A stretch of 61,742 nt of DNA, from the IMG/VR virus record IMGVR_UViG_3300037465_000034; one strand, given 5' to 3'. The DNA is from a virus. The position numbers were made by a program, and so were the translations under genes. The stretch's first letter is position 1, and each line of letters begins with the position of its first letter. The notes beneath the pieces are model-generated. The model was not told where the DNA came from. It did no database searches and worked only from the letters and a program-made list of their open reading frames with translations. Below, one piece after another: positions 26,599 to 37,000 of the stretch.

Positions 26599-27058
26599 CG
26601 CGCTGATCGACTGTCCGCCGGAGGTCGTGAATCTGGCGCTCGAATTGCACCTTGAGCTGCGGCGCACCTATCCCTACGTCATCGAGCTGCTGACCGGGGC
26701 CGAGAAGACGCTGTGGGCCGAGGTCGATGGCAAGCCCGCCGGGGTGTTCATGTGGACGGTCCACGACTTCGGCCGGCGCTGGTGGGTGGACTTCGCGGCG
26801 GTCGCCGCCGAGCACCGCGGCAAGCGCGTTTTCGTCACGCTGCGCGATGCTTTCCGCGAGCTGTTCAACGCCGACCCTCTGGCGCGCTGCTACGAGAGCC
26901 ATGTGAAGCTCACCAACGGCGTGATGCGCGAGCTGAACGAAAGAGGCGGCAGCCGTGCGGTATCGGTGAAATACCGCTACGATAAGGGGCAGGCCGCGCC
27001 ACCGAAGATATTGCAGCGCCCCAGCCCGTTGCCGGGCTGGGCTATTGACGGAGGCTGA
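26579..27058 (+). CDS. GNAT-like acetyltransferase (weak)
   Basis: ..WWVDFAAVAAEHRGKRVFVTLRDAF.. resembles the GNAT motif A region. ORF track. Confidence 0.45.
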   Translation: MHIQWRDALIDCPPEVVNLALELHLELRRTYPYVIELLTGAEKTLWAEVDGKPAGVFMWTVHDFGRRWWVDFAAVAAEHRGKRVFVTLRDAFRELFNADPLARCYESHVKLTNGVMRELNERGGSRAVSVKYRYDKGQAAPPKILQRPSPLPGWAIDGG

Positions 27059-27059
27059 C

Positions 27060-28001
27060 ATGGCCTTGGTGAACGATGCGATGGTCGAGGACGAAGATGT
27101 CGCCCTTCCTGCACAGAACAGCAACGTCCTCCTGCCCAACTCCGTAGCGCAGGCAGACAGCACGCTGCAAGCCGCGCCGCCGCCTGGCTACGTCAGGAAG
27201 GCGGACGTCGCCTCGGTGGATCCGAGCATCCGTCATATCGACCAAGCGAAGGAAACGGTGAGCGGGCAACTGGACGCGCTCATCAGAGCCGATAGCCCCT
27301 ACCTGCAGATGGCGCGCTCCGGCGCGATGCAGGCAGCGAACGCGCGGGGGCTTCTCAACACCAGCATGGCAGCCGGGGCTGGCGAAGCTGCGGCGATCGG
27401 CGCGGCGACGCCGATCGCGCAGTCAGATGCCGCGATCTACGGCACGGCAAGCCGCGACAATCAGGCTGCCGAAAACGCAGCGCGCGCGCTCAATGCCGAG
27501 GCGTCGAACAGGGCTTCGCTGCAGACCGCCGACGCAGCGAACAAGACCACGCTCATGGCACAGGAGCAGTCGCATCAATACGCGATGCAGACGCTCAAGG
27601 GCGAGCAAGCTGAAATGCTTGCGAACATCGAGGCCAACTACAAGACGCTCATCCAGGCCAGCGCCTCGGCGGCGCAGTTTTACACGGCGATGGCGAACAA
27701 CATCGCAGCCGTGATGGCGGATCCGAAGACGGACGCCGCGACCAAGCAGGGCGCGGTGGACAAGCTCAACACGCTGCTGCAGTCCGGGCTCACGATCATC
27801 GGCGCGACCGGAAACATCGACCTGACGGGGCTGCTCGACTTCACCGGCGAGGGCGCGCTGAATTACGCGCCGCCGCAGCCGGAGCCGGAGCCAACGCCAG
27901 CGCCGGCCTACAACCCGTGGAGCTGGATGGACCCGAGTTGGGGCCTGGGCGGAGACGCCGGCGGCGGGATCGGCGGGGACGGCGCCGGAGCGCCGCTGTA
28001 A
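27060..28001 (+). CDS. Internal virion protein candidate
   Basis: ATG at 27060 after GGAGG with 6-nt spacing. Ala/Gln/Asn-rich helical protein with a Gly-rich tail. Confidence 0.55.
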   Translation: MALVNDAMVEDEDVALPAQNSNVLLPNSVAQADSTLQAAPPPGYVRKADVASVDPSIRHIDQAKETVSGQLDALIRADSPYLQMARSGAMQAANARGLLNTSMAAGAGEAAAIGAATPIAQSDAAIYGTASRDNQAAENAARALNAEASNRASLQTADAANKTTLMAQEQSHQYAMQTLKGEQAEMLANIEANYKTLIQASASAAQFYTAMANNIAAVMADPKTDAATKQGAVDKLNTLLQSGLTIIGATGNIDLTGLLDFTGEGALNYAPPQPEPEPTPAPAYNPWSWMDPSWGLGGDAGGGIGGDGAGAPL

Positions 28002-28453
28002 TGGGCAAGCTCGCGCACGATCTGTCTCGCCCGATGGCGCCGGCCCAGCTCGAGGCCACCGTCATGCGCGCGCAGGAAGTGATCGGCAAAATGCCGCAGG
28101 TCGAGGCGCCCATCAGGCACCTGTTCGCCGACGGGCTCTACGCGAGGGAAATGACGATTTGCCGCGGCATGGTCTTCGTCGGACGGCTGCACTTGCAGAG
28201 CCAGGTCAACATCATCAGCAAGGGCGACATCAGCGTGCTCACGGCGCAAGGTCTGATTCGGATGCGCGCGCCGTTCTCCTACGTCGGCGAGGCCGGGGCG
28301 AAGCGCGTCGGGTTCGCGCACGATGACACCGTATGGACCACGATCCTCGGGACCAGGCTGACCGACCCGCAGGAAATTTTCGAGACGCTGACGGTGATGG
28401 ACTTCGAGGACTACAGGAACCTGCTTCACAAAATTCGCGGGGGGGAACAATGA
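28001..28453 (+). CDS. Cupin-like small protein
   Basis: TAATG junction. ..PIRHLFADGLYAREMTICRGMVFVGRLHLQSQVNIISKGDISVLT.. Confidence 0.5.
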   Translation: MGKLAHDLSRPMAPAQLEATVMRAQEVIGKMPQVEAPIRHLFADGLYAREMTICRGMVFVGRLHLQSQVNIISKGDISVLTAQGLIRMRAPFSYVGEAGAKRVGFAHDDTVWTTILGTRLTDPQEIFETLTVMDFEDYRNLLHKIRGGEQ

Positions 28454-29403
28454 CATTCGCGGTCGTGACAAGCGTGGTCGTTGCGGAGGTTGCGGGCGCT
28501 GCCATAGCCGCGACCGTCGCCACGGAGGTTGTCGGCGCAGAGCTGGTAGCCGGCGCAATTGCCGGTGATCTCGCCTTCGATGCAGCCGCGATGGGGCTTG
28601 TCGGCGAATTGGGGTCTACCTTCGTGGGTGAGTTCCTGGCCGGAACCGCCGGCGCGGTGGAAGCCGCGGCGCCGGAGCTTGCCGCATCGCTCGCCGCAGA
28701 GGGCGCCGGCGCCGTGGAAGCGACCACGGGCGCAGCCGAGGCCGCGGCCAGTCAGGCAGGCATCGCAACGCCGGCCCAGGTTGCCGGGGTGGCCGACACC
28801 GCCAGCGAGGCGCTCGCCGCGACCGCCGGACAGACGGCCGATACCGCCGCGACAGCCGCGAAGGGCGTGGAAGCCGCGGCAGGCACCGCCGAGACGGCGC
28901 AAAACGCGAGCCAAGCCCTGCAGTTCGTGGGTGACACCGGAGCGCCTACCAGCCAGGCCGTCGAGTTCGTGGGCGACACCGGGATGCCGACCGCCAGCAG
29001 CGCGCCTAGCGCGCCGAGCACCGCGGGTGCGCCGACCAACACCAGCAGCCCGACGTTCCTCGAGGATCTTGGAAAGTGGGCAGAGAAGAACAAGGGCCTG
29101 ATCCAGATGGCGAGCCTTGGGATGCAGATGGCAGGCGGCGCCGGGAAGGCGATGCTGGACAGCTCCGCGCAGGAAAAGCGCATCGCCGCCGAGCGCGAGT
29201 TCGCGCAGAACCGGACGCTGTGGGATCTCCAAGGCGCGCAGTCCGCCGCGGCGCAGTCAGGCGCTTTCCAGCAGAATCTAGGCTTCAGACCCTACATTGA
29301 CCCGTTGACCGGCAAGCCCGTGACGCCGGTGGCGCGCAGGCCCAGCGGCGCGCCGGTCTACAAGCAGCCTGGAATGGTCATGGGCGCGATGCAGGGACGA
29401 TAG
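28450..29403 (+). CDS. Internal virion protein candidate (Ala/Gly-rich, hydrophobic N-terminus)
   Basis: ATGA overlap. MTFAVVTSVVVAEVAGAAIAATVATEVVGAELVAGAIAG... Confidence 0.55.
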   Translation: MTFAVVTSVVVAEVAGAAIAATVATEVVGAELVAGAIAGDLAFDAAAMGLVGELGSTFVGEFLAGTAGAVEAAAPELAASLAAEGAGAVEATTGAAEAAASQAGIATPAQVAGVADTASEALAATAGQTADTAATAAKGVEAAAGTAETAQNASQALQFVGDTGAPTSQAVEFVGDTGMPTASSAPSAPSTAGAPTNTSSPTFLEDLGKWAEKNKGLIQMASLGMQMAGGAGKAMLDSSAQEKRIAAEREFAQNRTLWDLQGAQSAAAQSGAFQQNLGFRPYIDPLTGKPVTPVARRPSGAPVYKQPGMVMGAMQGR

Positions 29404-29412
29404 GAGGCGGCG

Positions 29413-29961
29413 ATGGCAGCCACACCGAAGCAAAAGCCGACCGCGCAGGCCGCGCAACCGGCCGGGGCGCCAGCCGCGCCAGAGCGCGGGCATGGAAAGC
29501 CAGAGGACAACCCCAAGCGCGAGCAGGGCAAGCAGGTCTGGCGGCACCTGGTCGCCGCCGCGATGAAGATCATCTACAGCGAGCAGGTCACAGCGGCGAT
29601 CCTCCAAGTTCTGCAGCAAAGCGCCGACAACCCGCCGCACGGCGTTGCGATGGCGACGAAGTTCGTCATGGAAGCGATTGCCAGGCAGCTCCGCGGCATC
29701 GACCCGCGCGTGGTCGTATCGGCCGCTCCGGCGATCGCCTCGATGATCTTCGAGCTGGGCAACAAGGCCGGAGTGTTCAAGGCCGACGCGACGATGCTCG
29801 CGCCGACGTTGAAGATTATCGCTCAGTCGATGCAGAGCGGGCCTGGCCATCAGGCTGCGCCAGAAGCGCCCCAGGCCGGCGCACCGCCGGCTGGTGCGCC
29901 TCCGCAAGCGCCCGGCGGATTGGTGGGGGGCGCGATGCAGCAACCGATGATGGGAGGCTGA
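29413..29961 (+). CDS. Internal virion protein candidate
   Basis: ORF track. SD taggagg upstream. Confidence 0.55.
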   Translation: MAATPKQKPTAQAAQPAGAPAAPERGHGKPEDNPKREQGKQVWRHLVAAAMKIIYSEQVTAAILQVLQQSADNPPHGVAMATKFVMEAIARQLRGIDPRVVVSAAPAIASMIFELGNKAGVFKADATMLAPTLKIIAQSMQSGPGHQAAPEAPQAGAPPAGAPPQAPGGLVGGAMQQPMMGG

Positions 29962-29962
29962 C

Positions 29963-31015
29963 ATGGCTGGACTCGGGTTGGTCGGCACCGCGCTCGCCGG
30001 TGCTGCGATGGGCGCAGGCACGGTCGGCGCCGAGGCGATGGATTGGGTGAAGCGCAGCACGCTCAACGACCAGCTCGCCGAGTTGCAGAAACAGCGCGAC
30101 GAAAGGCTCGAGGGCTTCGCCAAGGGACGCGAGGAGCGCGGCTACGCGCACGCCGAGAAAACGCAGGAGAGAGGCTTCACGCACGCCGAGCGAATGCAGC
30201 AGAGCGGCCAGGAGTTCACGAAGGGCGAGAACAACCTGAACCGGCAGCTCCAACAGAACATCGCCCAGCTTCACGAAAAAGCCGCGACCGAGCGCCACAA
30301 CGAAACGATCCGCGTGCAGATGGCACGGCTCGGCCTGGCGCAGCAGCAGTTCAACCTCGCCAAGGAGCAGATCACGCTCATGCCGATGGCCGACGGCACC
30401 TTCCAGAAGGTCGATCGGCATGGCAACTCCAAGGGCACCGCGACAGACCTGAACGGCAATCCCTTGCAGGGCGCGAAGGACATCTCGAAGTCCACGCAGA
30501 TGCTGATGGAAGCGAACAACGTGCTGCTCAAGGGCTTGGAAGCGGAAATGCGAGCCGAAACAGATCCGGCCGAGAAAGCGAAGATCAGGGAGCGCGTCGA
30601 CTTCTTCCACAAGTATCAGGAAACCCTCGCTGGCGTCGGCGGCAACAAGCGGCCGGAGCAGACGTTCCAAGCACCGAGCGAAGAGCACATCAAGGCAGCG
30701 CGCGCGCGCCAGAACAACCCGCAGGCCAAGACCGCGTTCGAGCAGCAGTTCGGGCCGGGATCGTGGGACAAGTTCGTCAAGCCTGCGCCAGCCAAACCTG
30801 GGCCAGCGCCACAAGCCGGCGCCGCTCCTAGCGCGGCTGCGCCTAGCGCGGCCGACTACAGCGCAGATCAGTTGAAGGCGATGCGTATCGGGCCGCTCAC
30901 GCCGCTGGGGCTCATCAACCAAGCCGCAGCCGCAGGCAATCCTGCCGCGATTCAGTGGAAACAGCAGAAGGCTGACGAAGAACAGGCGCGCGTCGAAGCG
31001 AACGCACCATACTGA
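29963..31015 (+). CDS. Internal virion protein candidate (N-terminal Gly-zipper TM, coiled coil)
   Basis: MAGLGLVGTALAGAAMGAGTVGA..., then Gln/Glu/Lys-rich helices. Confidence 0.55.
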   Translation: MAGLGLVGTALAGAAMGAGTVGAEAMDWVKRSTLNDQLAELQKQRDERLEGFAKGREERGYAHAEKTQERGFTHAERMQQSGQEFTKGENNLNRQLQQNIAQLHEKAATERHNETIRVQMARLGLAQQQFNLAKEQITLMPMADGTFQKVDRHGNSKGTATDLNGNPLQGAKDISKSTQMLMEANNVLLKGLEAEMRAETDPAEKAKIRERVDFFHKYQETLAGVGGNKRPEQTFQAPSEEHIKAARARQNNPQAKTAFEQQFGPGSWDKFVKPAPAKPGPAPQAGAAPSAAAPSAADYSADQLKAMRIGPLTPLGLINQAAAAGNPAAIQWKQQKADEEQARVEANAPY

Positions 31016-31018
31016 CCA

Positions 31019-34000
31019 ATGGGCGCGTTCGACGACTACCTGAACGGGAAGCCGCCGGCCGAGCCGGCGAAGCCTTCTGGCGCCTTCGATCAGATGGTCG
31101 CTGCCGATTCGCAGCGCGGCGACTTCTGGCGCGCGGTCAAGCAGACCTATCAGCAGGTTCCCGAGCTGGCCTACGGCATCACCGCGCTCGGCGCCTCGGC
31201 GATCGAGACTGCGATGGGCGAGGGCGGGCTTGCCACTTCGGCCAAGAATTGGTCGGTCGGCAAGATGCTGGAATGGAAGCACGCCATTCAGGAAACCTCT
31301 AAGGAGAGCGACGACATCAATTTCTCCTGGGAGCGCGCGCGCGAGGGCGATTACGGCGCCCTCGTCGATTGGCTGCAATACGGCGTCGGCTACGGTGTGG
31401 GGCAGGCCAGCCAGATCCTCGCCACCGCAGGGGTTGGGGCCATCGCCGGCAAGATCGGTCTGCGCGCCGCTGTGGACAGGTTCGCGGCTCCCTTGGTCGA
31501 GAAGGAGGCCGAGAGGCTGGTCATGGCCTCGATGGCCGAGAAGGGCGGCAAGGCCACCGCTGAGCAGATCGCCAAGGCGGCAGCCCTGCCGGAAGTCAGG
31601 AAAGCTGCGGTCGGCAGGCTTGCGAGTCAGGCTGGGGCGATCGGTGCCACCGGCGCCTACGCCTTCGGCATGGAGGGTGGTGAGATCGGCGGCGACGTCG
31701 CCGAAAGCAGTGTTTCACGTGGAACACAGCTCACCGGGTCCGAGCTCGCCAAGGCGTTCGGGGCCACCATGCTGGCAGGCACGGTCGAGTTCGCAGGCGA
31801 CCTGCTGGGCCTTGGGGCCATGATGGGCAAGATCCCGGTCGGCAGGAGGCTTGCCGAGGCCACCGGGTTGAAGGGTCGCGCCGCGCGCGGGATCGTTGGT
31901 GGCGCGATGGTTGCGCCGGCCGAGGGGGCGCAGGAGTTCTTTCAGACCGGCATCGAGGAGTGGGGCAAGGGCAAAGAGGAAAGCATGTTGCCCTGGGAAC
32001 AATCCCCAGAAAATCAGCGCCAGGCGTTGAATGCAGCCGCGCTAGGCTTCGTAGCCGGCGGGGTAATGGGTGGGGGTGGTGGCGTCCTGCGGGCCGCAGA
32101 AAAGGCCCGTGGCAGGCCGTTCGTGCCAGCACCAGCCAGGACTGCAGGCGAGACGATTGCGCCGATTCTGGATGCTCCTGACGTGCAGTCGGCCGTGGAT
32201 GCAGCCACGGCCGCCTACGAAAGCGATGTTGGCGCCTCGATCATCGCGCAGGTTCAGGACACCGAGTCGATTCAGGACGGCATCACGCTGGCGGTGGGCG
32301 CGGCGCGCGACGCCGCGGAGCGCGCCGCAACCTCCGGCTTCGCCTACCGCCAGCACCTTGAGCAGCAGGCAGACGCCGCCATAGCCGAGAGCCTCGGCCT
32401 CGAGGCGCGCCAGGCAGCCGAGGAAGCCGCAAGGCCCAAGACGGCCATGCAGCTCGCGCTGGAACGCGCCTTCCAGGTCGCCGCGGAACGTCCGGCCAAG
32501 GCTGCTGCTGCGCCCACCGCTGGCAGGCCAAGCACCAGCGAGGCGAAAGCCTTCGGGCGGCAGATCAAGGAATTGAGCGACGAGGAGCTGGCCGACGTCG
32601 CCGAGCGGCACACCATGTCCGCGCAGCGCGAGGCGGCGCGCGCCGAGTTGACGCACCGCACCGCGGTGCTGATGGCGCGCATCCCCGAGGAAAAGCCCCC
32701 GGAGAAGCAAGCGGCGCCGCCTGTGAGGATCTACGGGCAGTTGCCCGAGGACATGAGCCTCACGCAGTTGCAGAGTGCCGCGCAGCTCCTGCCCAACGGC
32801 AAGCCAAAGAACGTGGCGTTCGCCTATCAAGCTGCTGCGGCACAACGCGAGCTGGCGTTCCGCGAGAAGGTCGGCCAGATCTTCGAGGGCAAGACGGTGG
32901 AGCAGATGTCGGTGGCCGCGCTCGATCGCCTGATCGCCAACCCGACCGCCAAGCGCCAGTTGAAGCTGTTCGCGCAGGCCGAGAAGCGCCGCCGCGCCAA
33001 GGCCGACGCCGACATTCGCCGCCGCATCGCCAACCCCGGCATCGCCGATGAGCTGAAGGCATTCGCCGCTGAAGCCGGATGGGCTCAGAAGGGCGGGTTC
33101 TTGGTGAGGTCCAAGCGCAGCGAGCGCGCGGGCGACGAAACCGTGACCCGCACGCAATGGATCCCGCGGGCAGAGTGGTGGAGAGGCCGCCCTGTCGCCG
33201 AGAACGAGGACTTCTACCGGAAGGCCGTTGCCGACGCCATAGCAGGCAAGCCGTTGGGCGAGAAGCAGAAGCGGGTGGTGAATTTCCTTCTCGGCATGGC
33301 CGAGGAGGTCGGCAGGATGCTGGCCGAAGCCGATGTCGATGGAGTCGTGGACCAGGGGCTGGGGTTCAGCGTGGAAGATGACATGACCCATGAGTCCGTA
33401 GACTTGGCGATCGAGCGCGCCGATCGGCATTTCACCGAGGTCAAAGGACAGATCACGAAGGAGGAAGCCGATGCAATCGAAGACAGGCTCTTTGGGGCCG
33501 ACACGCGACCTGCCGTTCGGCGTGAGGAAGCTCGCGCGGCAGCTATTCCGGCGGAAGCTCGAACAGAACGGGTTGTTGAAGGACAGCGACGCGAACCTGC
33601 CGCCGCAGCCCCGGCAGAGCGAGGCCCGCCTGCCGCAGAAGCCGGCGCAGAACGAGGCAAGATCGTTGTCGCCGGAAAGCCAGCGGCCGGAGGAGTGAGC
33701 GGCGAGCCTGCATCGGATGAGCGCATCGCCGCCGCCAAGCGCAACCTGCGGAAGGCCTTGGACGGCAAACAGGCGTGGGAAGTTCCGCTCAAGAAGTGGG
33801 CGGCAGCGCACGACGCCTATCTCGAGGAGGCGTTCGGCGCCGGTCCAGAGGTTCCAAGGGAAAACGACGAAGAGATCGCCACGCAGCACCTTGAGCACAT
33901 CGAAAGCGCGATCGAGAACGCGCACAAGCCGCCGCGCGCCGCGCTGGCGAGCCACAAGGACATCGACGCCAAGGAGTTCCCGAGGGCGGCCGCGCTCTGG

Positions 34001-37000
34001 AATGAGTATTTCGGCCAACCAAAAGAGAAGGGGGCTGCAGATGCCAGCGCAATACGAAAGGATCAGGGACAGCTATTTGCGGGCGGGCAAGCCGAAGAAA
34101 GAGGCGAAGCGGCTCGCGGCGATGACCTACAACGCGCACCGGCCGAAGGGGGCGAAGCCCGTGGGGCCGCACAGCGACAAGAAGGGGCTCGTCCAGAAGG
34201 CGATGAAGTAGGGTCGAAGGCATGGTATGCCGCCTTACGTCGTGCTGCTCACCAAAATGAGTCGAGGCCCAAAGGCAAGCCCAGCTTGAGCAACAACCTG
34301 GTGCTGGCCTTGATGAGCTTCGCCGACGCAGATAGCAGATGGGCCGAACGCTTCTCATCTGGAAGGACTGACGATGAGTTGAGGCTTGACATCGGCCACG
34401 AGTTCGGCATGCAGGGCGGCGGTTATTCCCAGGCGCACAAGGGCGGCGAAAATCCCAAGTTTTATTTCAGCGCCGAGGGACACATACCAGTAGCGCACGG
34501 CAAGCCTACGCTGCAAGGCAAGGCTCTGATCGACGCGGTGCGGGCATTGTTCAAGATCCCGAAGCGCAAGGCGCAGGCAGCGCAGGTCGAGCGCCGCGTC
34601 GAGCCTACGCCAGAACAACAGGCGATGCTCGATTACGAGCGTGAGTTCGAGGAGGACATTGCCGGTCGCCGCGAGATCGCGCCTGATGATGCCGGGCTCG
34701 ATGAGCAGGCCATGCAGCGCGAGGAGGCAGAGGCAGAGGCGCAGCCGACCAAGCCCACTCCGAAAGCCGAGTCGCGGATCGAGCGCATGCGCGCGGTGGA
34801 TTCCGCCTTGATGGAAGGCGACATCAATTCCGTGGTCGAGTGGATGCGCGACGGCTTCGACGCCACGATCGTCATGGACGCGATTCGCGGCCTTGCCGAG
34901 ACGACGGCCTGGCCGGAGCGGCTGGCCTATGTAGCGAACAGGGCGGCAGAAGTGCTGCGGAGCGCCGATGAGAATGGCGTCGCCGATCTCGCCGAGCGCA
35001 TCCTCAAGCGCGGCTGGACCTACACGACGCACCAGGTCAAGAAGGGCGCGAAGCCTGATGACGTTGACGCCTGGGAGGCGCACCTAGCGCGCCGCAAGGC
35101 ACTGGCAGCGCGCCGCGCCGACATCGACGGGCTGCTCGAGCGCCGCGCCATGAAGCTCGTCGAGGACCGGCTCTACGAGAAGCGCATCAAGCCCGGCGAC
35201 ATGGTTACCTTCAACGCCACAGTCTACGACCGCTACGGCGAAGCGCGCGAGCGCACGACCGCGGAGCTTCGCAAGGGCGTCGGCGGCTATGCGATGAGCG
35301 GCATCGACACCGGCGGCGGCATCCTCAACATCGGCACCGAGGATGTTAGATACCTGACGAAGGCGAGCGAGACGGATCTCGCCGCGCTGCGCGAGCGCGA
35401 GCGGCAGGCATTTATGGAGCAGGACACAGGCGCGGCTCTCGAACGCCTGCGCGCGCCGGAGGGCGTCGGGATCCTGAAAGGCACCGAGTCGGCTGGCACT
35501 CCTGCCGCCCAGCAGCGGTGGATGACGTCGGAAGCTCTCGGCTCCGTCGATGGCATCGTTCTCGGCTACGCCGATGTTCAAGGCACGGATCGCGTCATCT
35601 TCCAGACCGACGATGGCAACCGCTACCTACTGGCACCGCACAGCCTGTTCCCGGTGGAAACAGGTGGCGAGCAGGTCATCCCGCAGCCCTACGCTTCCGG
35701 CATGAGCCGACGACGCGACATGAGGGCCGCGATCGAAAGCGCGGTCGGCGTCGGGGTGGCGGCTGCCTCGGAGAAGCCTGCTCTCGGCGCGAATGTTGAT
35801 GAAACCGTCCTGGCTCGCTACCTGCTCGCCGAGGCGCGCGTCGGCAACCGGATGATGGGGCCGCTCATCATCGACCGGATCTATGGGCCGGAGCATGGCG
35901 AGATGCGCCAGCGCATCATGCAGCGGCTCACCGGCGAGAATGTGTCCAAGGAGAAGTCTGGCGTCGGCGTGGTCAAGGCAGCCCTGTTCAAGCACTTCGG
36001 CATCCAGGGGGATTCGGAGCGCGCGCGCGAGGAGGCGCTGCAGGAAACTCTGGAACGCCTGGCTTACGGCGGGAAGACCGAGCGCGAGGCGCTGGATGCG
36101 GGCTGGGCGAATCTGAGCGCGGAAGAGCGCGCCCAGGTCGAGCGCGAGGTCGGCAGGCACCGCTTCGATGAGAACGCAGTCACCTGGATGCAGGGCGCCC
36201 GCGAGGGCGTCCAGAAGTGGCTGGCATCGGTCAGCGAGTCGGTCAGGGCGGCCTTCCGCAAGTTCGTCGCCTTTCTCGCCGCCGTTGCAGTGGCGCTCAA
36301 CGTCAGCACCGTGCAGGAGGCCGACGCTGTAGCGAGGCCCGCCGCGCAGCAGCAGGAAGTGACGGTGCGCGAGCTGGTCGAAAGACCGAAGGCCGACTTC
36401 GGCTACGCGCGGCCCGGCTGGGCCGCTCGCCTCACGGCCAACTGGATCATGGCAAGCGGCGCTCACGAAGGTCGCAGCTTCCTCGTCGCCGACAAGAACG
36501 CCGGCACGCTCTACGCTTTCGGCTCAGACGGCAAGCTGATCGAGCAGACTGCGGCGCTCTACGGCGAATCGAAGGCAGACGAGTTGACACCAGAGCAGTG
36601 GAAGGTGTCGGTGGACAAGATGCGGACCGCCGACAAGGTGACGCCTGCAGGGCGCTGGACGGTCGGCCTGCAGCCAGATTCCGAGCGCGGCTGGACGATG
36701 GACTTCGAGGGCGGCGAGGGGCTGGCGATCCACGCGGTCTACCTCGGCAACCCGAAAGAGACGCGCGCGCAGCGGCTTGTCACCGAGACGGCCGAGGACA
36801 ACTTCATCACCTACGGCTGCATCAACGTGCCGAAGGACTACTTCGAGCGCGTGCTCAAGCCCAACTTCGGCGACAAGCACGGGCTTTTCATCATTCCGCA
36901 CCAGGAGGCCAATACCGAGCGGGTGCTGGGGATCGTGGCCGCCGACATGGCGCCGCAGCTCGTCGAGCGCAAGGTGACGCTGCCTGCCGGCGCGCCGAAG

